Part shown: positions 14,859-20,338 of the stretch, one piece after another | Numbering within the stretch: position 1 is the stretch's first letter | Layout: every line of letters starts with the position of its first letter | Source of the DNA: Verrucomicrobiota bacterium | Lineage (GTDB): Bacteria > Verrucomicrobiota > Verrucomicrobiia > Limisphaerales > CANJSG01 | Length of the DNA stretch: 20,338 nt | Assembly (NCBI GenBank): GCA_038209745.1 | Contig: JBBQXJ010000084.1 | Span: 1-20,338 of the forward strand | Direction of reading: 5' to 3' | Made by a program: the position numbers and the translations under genes | Notes under the pieces: model-generated | What the model was told of the DNA's origin: nothing | Database searches by the model: none | Seen by the model: the letters and a program-made list of their open reading frames with translations, nothing else

Positions 14859-17432
14859 ATGAACGCCGACCAAAGTTCCCAACTACGGGTGACGGTTGAC
14901 GGAAAGTTTCTTCGCCTGGGCGCGGAAAAATTCTGCATCAAGGGGGTCACCTACGGGCCCTTCGCCCCGAACGGCGCGGGCGAATTCTTCGCGTCGCCCG
15001 AGCAGACGCGGGCGGACTTCGATCTGATCCAGGAACTCGGCGCAAACGCGCTCCGGATCTACTACGCGCCGCCGAAGTGGTTCATGGACCTGGCGCAGGC
15101 GCGCGGGCTGAAGCTCTTGGTCGACGTTCCGTGGAACAAGCACCTTTGTTTCCTGGAGGAGAAACGGCACCGGGACGAAGCGATCGCGGCCGTGCGGAAG
15201 ACGGTGCAGGACTGCGGCGGACACCCGTCGGTGCTGGCTTTCAGCATCGTCAACGAGATCCCGGCCGACGTCGCCCGCTGGAGCGGAGCCGGCAAAATGG
15301 CCGAATTCCTAGACGAGTTGATCGAGGTCGCGAAAGCGTGCGATCCCGGTTGCCTGTGCACGATGGGGAACTACCCGCCCACGGAGTTCCTGCGGCCGCG
15401 CAACTTGGACTTCATGATGTTCAACGTCTATCTGCACCAGCAGAAGCCGTTCGAAAACTATTTGGCGCGGTTGCAGATGATCGCGGACACCAAGCCGTTG
15501 GTTCTCGGGGAGTTTGGGCTCGACTCCATCCGCGAGGGTGAGGCGCACAAGTGCGATGTGTTGGGGTGGAAGATCGAGACGGGCTTCCGCGGCGGCGTGG
15601 CGGGCGCGTTCGTCTATGCGTTCACCGACGATTGGTTCAAGGACGGGCGCCAGATCGACGACTGGGAGTTCGGCCTGGTCACCCGGAGCCGGGACCGCAA
15701 ACCGTCTTTCGAGACGGTGAAAGGGAAGTTCGCGCTGGCGCCGCGTTTCCCGCTGCCGTCCTGTCCGAAGGTCTCGGTCGTCGTGGCCAGCTACAACGGA
15801 GGCAAGACGCTGAGGGCCTGTCTCGAATCGCTCCAGAAGCTGAACTACGCGGATTACGAAGTGATCCTCGTGGACGACGGGTCCACCGACAATTCGCAGC
15901 AGATCGCGGCGGATCATCCGAAGGTCCGAAACCTCAAGCAGCCGAACTTGGGTCTGTCCGTCGCGCGCAACACGGGCATCCACGCGGCCACGGGCGAGAT
16001 CGTCGCCTTTACCGACTCCGATTGCCGGGCCGATGAAGATTGGCTGCACTATCTGGTCGGCGACCTGCTGAACTCACGGTTCACCGGGATCGGCGGCCAC
16101 AATTTCCTGCCGCCCGAGGATTCACCCACGGCCGCCTGCGTGATGGCGTCTCCCGGTGGCCCCGCGCATGTGATGCTGACGGACCGGATCGCGGAGCACA
16201 TTCCCGGCTGCAACATGGCCTTCTACCGATGGGCGCTGCTCGAGATCGACGGCTTCGATCCGATCTACCGGAAAGCCGGGGACGATGTGGACGTGTGCTG
16301 GCGGCTCATGCAGAAGGGCTACCGGATCGGGTTCAGCCCGGCGGGCTTCGTCTGGCACTACCGTCGCTCCACGGTGCAGGCGTATCTGAAACAGCAGCAG
16401 GGCTATGGCGAGGCCGAGGCGCTGCTCATCCGGAAACATCCCGAGTATTTCAACAGCGTCGGCGCCAGCATCTGGCATGGGCGGATCTACACCTCCGCCA
16501 AGCTAGGCGTGGAGACGCGCAAGCCGATCATCTACCACGGCGTCTTCGGCAGCGGCTTCTTCCAGACACTCTATTCGCCGCCGCCCACCATGGCGTTGAT
16601 GCTTACGACGACCCTGGAATACCACGTTCTGATCACCGTGCCGCTATTGGTGTTGTCGGTGCCGTTCCATGACTTTCTGCCGTTGGGCGTCGTTTCGGTG
16701 CTCGTTTCCTTGGCGACGTGCGTCGCCGCCGGGGCCCAGGCCGAGCTGCCGAGGACCAAGCGCCGTTGGTGGTCGAAGCCGCTGGTGGCGGTGCTGTTTT
16801 TCCTCCAGCCGATCTATCGCGGATTCGCCCGCTACCGGAGCCGACTGAGCCTGAAACAGACGCCGCCGGCCCCGGCCGGAGCCCAGCAGGCCGCCTTTCA
16901 GCTGAAAGAAAAGGGAGAGAACCTCGATGTGGTCGAATACTGGGCCGACCAATGGGTGGATCGGCTCGAATTCCTCGGCGCATTGCTCCATCGCTTGGAC
17001 GAGCAACGCTGGCAGAACAAGACCGATGCCGGCTGGAGCGAACACGACGTCGAGATCTATGGCAGCCGCTGGACCTACCTCCAGCTCACCACCGTGGCGG
17101 AACCCTACGGCGGCGGTCGCCAGCTGTTCCGCGTCCGGTTGGTGACCCGCTGGTCGCTGCTGGCGAACGTGGGTTTCTTCTCCGCCCTCGCCTTCGAGCT
17201 TCTCGTTATCGGTTTCGTGGGCAAGGCGTTCCCGTGGCTCTGGTTGATGCTGCTCCTGCAGGTGCTTTTCGCCTGGTTTCTGGAGGTGGAGCAGCGCGAC
17301 CTCCAGCGCCTGATCATCGCCATGATGGACGAGGTCGGCGGGCAGAAGGGGCTCTACAAGATCGACAAGGAATTCCGTCGGCTCAAGGCGGAGGGCAAGA
17401 CGCCCTCTCGGCTGGGGGGCGAAGCCAAATAG
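14859..17432 (+). CDS. Fusion of a clan GH-A (GH2-like) TIM barrel, a GT2 glycosyltransferase and a membrane domain
   Basis: N-terminal IKGVTY, ANALRIY, IVNEIP, LGEFG; central VDDGSTD, FTDSDC, GCNMAF, GDDVD; several C-terminal TM segments. Confidence 0.88.
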   Translation: MNADQSSQLRVTVDGKFLRLGAEKFCIKGVTYGPFAPNGAGEFFASPEQTRADFDLIQELGANALRIYYAPPKWFMDLAQARGLKLLVDVPWNKHLCFLEEKRHRDEAIAAVRKTVQDCGGHPSVLAFSIVNEIPADVARWSGAGKMAEFLDELIEVAKACDPGCLCTMGNYPPTEFLRPRNLDFMMFNVYLHQQKPFENYLARLQMIADTKPLVLGEFGLDSIREGEAHKCDVLGWKIETGFRGGVAGAFVYAFTDDWFKDGRQIDDWEFGLVTRSRDRKPSFETVKGKFALAPRFPLPSCPKVSVVVASYNGGKTLRACLESLQKLNYADYEVILVDDGSTDNSQQIAADHPKVRNLKQPNLGLSVARNTGIHAATGEIVAFTDSDCRADEDWLHYLVGDLLNSRFTGIGGHNFLPPEDSPTAACVMASPGGPAHVMLTDRIAEHIPGCNMAFYRWALLEIDGFDPIYRKAGDDVDVCWRLMQKGYRIGFSPAGFVWHYRRSTVQAYLKQQQGYGEAEALLIRKHPEYFNSVGASIWHGRIYTSAKLGVETRKPIIYHGVFGSGFFQTLYSPPPTMALMLTTTLEYHVLITVPLLVLSVPFHDFLPLGVVSVLVSLATCVAAGAQAELPRTKRRWWSKPLVAVLFFLQPIYRGFARYRSRLSLKQTPPAPAGAQQAAFQLKEKGENLDVVEYWADQWVDRLEFLGALLHRLDEQRWQNKTDAGWSEHDVEIYGSRWTYLQLTTVAEPYGGGRQLFRVRLVTRWSLLANVGFFSALAFELLVIGFVGKAFPWLWLMLLLQVLFAWFLEVEQRDLQRLIIAMMDEVGGQKGLYKIDKEFRRLKAEGKTPSRLGGEAK

Positions 17433-17512
17433 CGCGTCTCGACGGCTGTTTCCGGGCATTGTCGCCCGAGAAATTTGCTGAAAGCCCGGCCCACATTTTC
17501 ACCGCTGTTTCC

Positions 17513-18307
17513 ATGCGCCAATACCACGAACTGCTCCGCCTCGTGCTCGACTCCGGGAAGTTCCGCGAGGACCGCACCGGTGTGGGCACGTATTCGGTCT
17601 TCGGCGCGCAGACGCGGTTCCGCCTGTCGGATGGTTTCCCTCTGGTCACGACCAAGAAGTGCCATCTCAAGTCGATCGTCTACGAGCTGCTCTGGTTTCT
17701 TCGCGGCGAGACCAATGTCCGGTGGTTGCAGGAGCACGGCGTCACCATCTGGAACGAGTGGGCCGATGCGGATGGAAACCTGGGCCGGGTCTACGGGGCA
17801 CAGTGGTGCGATTGGCGGACGACCGATGGACGCTCCATCAACCAGATCGACGCGGTGATCGAGCAGATCCGGAAGAATCCCCACAGCCGCCGCCACATCG
17901 TCAGCGCCTGGAACGTCGGCGAGGTGGACCGGATGGCGTTGCCGCCCTGCCACGCTTTGTTCCAGTTCTTCGTGGAGGATGGCGCTCTCAGCTGCCAGCT
18001 CTACCAGCGGAGCGCGGACCTCTTTCTTGGGGTTCCCTTCAACATCGCGAGCTACGCCCTGCTCACGATGATGGTGGCGCAGGTGTGTGGCCTGAAGCCC
18101 GGCGACTTCGTCCATACTTTTGGGGATCTCCACCTCTACTCGAACCACCTCGAACAGGCGAAACTTCAGCTCACGCGCGAGCCGCGCCCGTTGCCGACGA
18201 TGATGATCAACCCGGTGAGGACGGGTCTCCATGAGTTCGTCTACGAGGACTTCTCGCTCGTCGGTTACGATCCGCATCCCGCCATCAAGGCGCCGATCGC
18301 GGTGTGA
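17513..18307 (+). CDS. thyA: Thymidylate synthase
   Basis: 264 aa from ATG 17513: [56 protein letters not shown]. Confidence 0.98.
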   Translation: MRQYHELLRLVLDSGKFREDRTGVGTYSVFGAQTRFRLSDGFPLVTTKKCHLKSIVYELLWFLRGETNVRWLQEHGVTIWNEWADADGNLGRVYGAQWCDWRTTDGRSINQIDAVIEQIRKNPHSRRHIVSAWNVGEVDRMALPPCHALFQFFVEDGALSCQLYQRSADLFLGVPFNIASYALLTMMVAQVCGLKPGDFVHTFGDLHLYSNHLEQAKLQLTREPRPLPTMMINPVRTGLHEFVYEDFSLVGYDPHPAIKAPIAV

Positions 18308-18703
18308 TGGACGGCTCAGCCCACCGCCGCGTTTCCGCCTCTTTTCCCCCTCCGATCCAAGGGCTCTGCCCGACTTCTGACCAGTAGTGCCCACATCGGC
18401 CGGGCTCGCTCCGAACCGAAGCCGGATCGGTTCGCAATCCTGCGATTCCGGCCTCAAGCCCCCGGCCCTCTCGCCGAAAATCTCGTTGCTGATCGCGGGT
18501 GTCGAACCCCGTGCAAGTCCCTCCGCGAAAGGGAAACGACAGATTTGTCGGATCCTTTCGCTCAGGACGAGCCCGGGCGGCTCGCTTCCCGCTATTGGCA
18601 CGAACAATGAAACGGCTCCAGTTCAACGATCCGCCAACGACGACGCTAGGACGACGGCGCATGGATCGTTCGACGTGTCTGGTGCCGGATGCGTGGATGT
18701 AAA

Positions 18704-20338
18704 ATGAATGTGATCCCTTGTGTGCGCCGCCGGCTTTTAGCGGCTTTCGGGTGGCTGTTTTTTGTGGGAACGCTCGCTGCGACCGCCGCCGAGATTCCCG
18801 GTGTCTGGTATGGTGCGCTCGCTTGGGGCGACTACGACAGCGACGGTCGGCCCGACCTCGTCGTGACCGGTTCCACCAACCAGTCGCCGGCCGACGGCAT
18901 CACCCAGATCTGGCGCAACACGGGATCCGGCTTCGTCGACATCAATGCCGGACTTCCGGGTCTGTCCCATAGCACGGCGGCGTGGGCGGACTACGATGGC
19001 GACGGCCGCCTCGACCTGCTCCTCAACGGATGGGACCGCAATGGCGTCCGGTTGACCCAGATCTGGCGCAACACGGGATCCGGCTTCGTCAACAGCGGTA
19101 TCGCGCTGCCGGGCACGTTCTGGGGATCGGTCGCGTGGGGCGACTTCGACAACGATGGCCGGCCCGACATCGTCCTGACCGGCTGGGACACGAACACGGT
19201 CCGCATCACCCAGATCTGGCGCAACACCGGTTCGGGCTTTACCAACATCAATGCGGGTCTGCCCGGGGTGGATTCCAGCGCCGTGGCGTGGGGCGACTAC
19301 GACAACGACGGACGCTTGGATCTGCTGCTGACCGGAACTTCTTCGTCCGGCGACATCTGTCAGATCTGGCGGAACACCGGATCCGGCTTCGTCAACGCGA
19401 ACATTCCATTGCCGGGCGTCAGTCTTGGCTCCGTCGCTTGGGCGGACTACGACGGGGACGGTCGGCTGGATCTGCTGCTCGCCGGCAATGCGGCTTTGGA
19501 CCGGATCACCCAGATCTGGCGCAACACCGGCTCCGGGTTTGTCGACAGCGGCATCGCGCTTCCAGGCGTCCAATACGCCGCCGTCGCCTGGGGTGACTAC
19601 AACAAGGATGGCCGTCCGGATATTTTGATCACGGGCGACACGGCCACCCAACGGGTTTCACAGGTGTGGGGCAACACTGGCTCTGGATTCACCAATGCGA
19701 ATCTCGTCCTGACTCCGGTTTATTGGGGATCGGTCGGTTGGGCCGATGTCAACGGGGACGGATGGATGGATCTCGCACTGACAGGCGATTCCTCCACGGG
19801 ACGAGTATTTCAAATCTGGCAAAATCCACCTCCGGTGCTCGCCCCGGGCGCGACGACCCTGGCGGCGAGCGGAGTGACCACCAGCGGAGCGGGGTTGAAC
19901 GGGACGGTCAACCCGAACGGGTTCGCGACGGGCTCCTACTTCGAGTATGGCACGACCACGGCCTACGGCTCTAAGACCGCGACCAACAACGCGGGCTCGG
20001 GATCGTCAGGGGTGGCGGTCAACTCAGGCCTAAGCGGACTCGGCTCCGGGACGTCCTACCACTACCGGGTGGTGGCGGTGAACGCCGGAGGCAGCGTCAA
20101 CGGAGCGGACCAGGGCTTCACCACGGGCGTGCCCGCCCCCAGCGCGACGACCCTGGCGGCGAGCGGAGTGACCACCAGCGGAGCGGTGCTCAACGGCACG
20201 GTCAATCCGAACGGGTTCGCGACGGGCTCCTACTTCGAGTATGGCACGACCACGGCCTACGGCTCCCAGACCGCGACCAACAACGCGGGCTCGGGATCGT
20301 CAGGGGTGGCGGTCAATGCGGGCCTAAGCGGGCTCGGC
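18704..20338 (+). CDS. Secreted FG-GAP/VCBS beta-propeller protein with FN3-like repeats (3' end runs off the window)
   Basis: Not in the ORF track. Signal peptide MNVIPCVRRRLLAAFGWLFFVGTLAATAA, seven W(G/A)DxDxDGxxD...QIWxN repeats, then 98-aa units ATTLAASGVT...LNGTVNPNG...FEYG...YHYRVVAVN...DQGFTT. The frame is open to the window end. Confidence 0.9.
   Translation, partial: MNVIPCVRRRLLAAFGWLFFVGTLAATAAEIPGVWYGALAWGDYDSDGRPDLVVTGSTNQSPADGITQIWRNTGSGFVDINAGLPGLSHSTAAWADYDGDGRLDLLLNGWDRNGVRLTQIWRNTGSGFVNSGIALPGTFWGSVAWGDFDNDGRPDIVLTGWDTNTVRITQIWRNTGSGFTNINAGLPGVDSSAVAWGDYDNDGRLDLLLTGTSSSGDICQIWRNTGSGFVNANIPLPGVSLGSVAWADYDGDGRLDLLLAGNAALDRITQIWRNTGSGFVDSGIALPGVQYAAVAWGDYNKDGRPDILITGDTATQRVSQVWGNTGSGFTNANLVLTPVYWGSVGWADVNGDGWMDLALTGDSSTGRVFQIWQNPPPVLAPGATTLAASGVTTSGAGLNGTVNPNGFATGSYFEYGTTTAYGSKTATNNAGSGSSGVAVNSGLSGLGSGTSYHYRVVAVNAGGSVNGADQGFTTGVPAPSATTLAASGVTTSGAVLNGTVNPNGFATGSYFEYGTTTAYGSQTATNNAGSGSSGVAVNAGLSGLG
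19848..20338 (+). repeat. 294-bp coding tandem repeat (FN3-like), at least 1.7 copies
   Basis: Units start at 19848 and 20142; 11 differences over the 197 comparable nt by manual count. Confidence 0.92.

Noticed and set aside
16718..17512. 265-aa N-terminal extension of thyA in the ORF track
   Set aside because: It overlaps the GH-GT2 gene out of frame and is low-complexity; canonical 264-aa ThyA starts at 17513.
18820..19830. CRISPR-like recurrence of ACCCAGATCTGGCGCAACAC
   Set aside because: The period is about 150 bp, the intervening sequences are homologous, and all copies are in frame as TQIWRNT of FG-GAP repeats; no cas genes are present.
19848..20338. 294-bp repeat as a DGR template/variable pair
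   Set aside because: The differences are not confined to adenines and both copies are tandem in-frame domains.

Overview
High-GC bacterial chromosomal window. The gene content (adjacent bamD-lptE, a prepilin/H-X9-DG protein, an FG-GAP/FN3 secreted protein) suggests the PVC superphylum, probably Verrucomicrobiota; this is an inference. Left to right: yoeB (partial)-yefM toxin-antitoxin pair, a secreted clan GH-A-like hydrolase, lptE, bamD, a GST-fold protein coupled to a PIN-PhoH ATPase, a secreted hypothetical protein, a prepilin-type protein, an NAD(P)-dependent epimerase, iscX, ridA, a decayed ureA relic, a His-rich Ni/Co transporter, 2-oxoacid dehydrogenase E2, a four-helix-bundle gene, lpdA, a GH-GT2 fusion, thyA, and the 5' part of an FG-GAP + FN3-like protein. 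Three signals are missed by the ORF track. (1) The four-helix-bundle gene between E2 and lpdA is bracketed by 32-bp inverted repeats built from four GGAG-N4 octamers. (2) Two diverged, inverted copies of a ~195-bp MITE/REPIN-like element are present; one duplicates the phoH stop codon and the other appears inserted in frame in a signal peptide. (3) A frameshifted urease-gamma pseudogene lies head-to-head with the nickel transporter. No rRNA, tRNA, CRISPR array or transposase was seen. All family assignments are by eye, with no database search.
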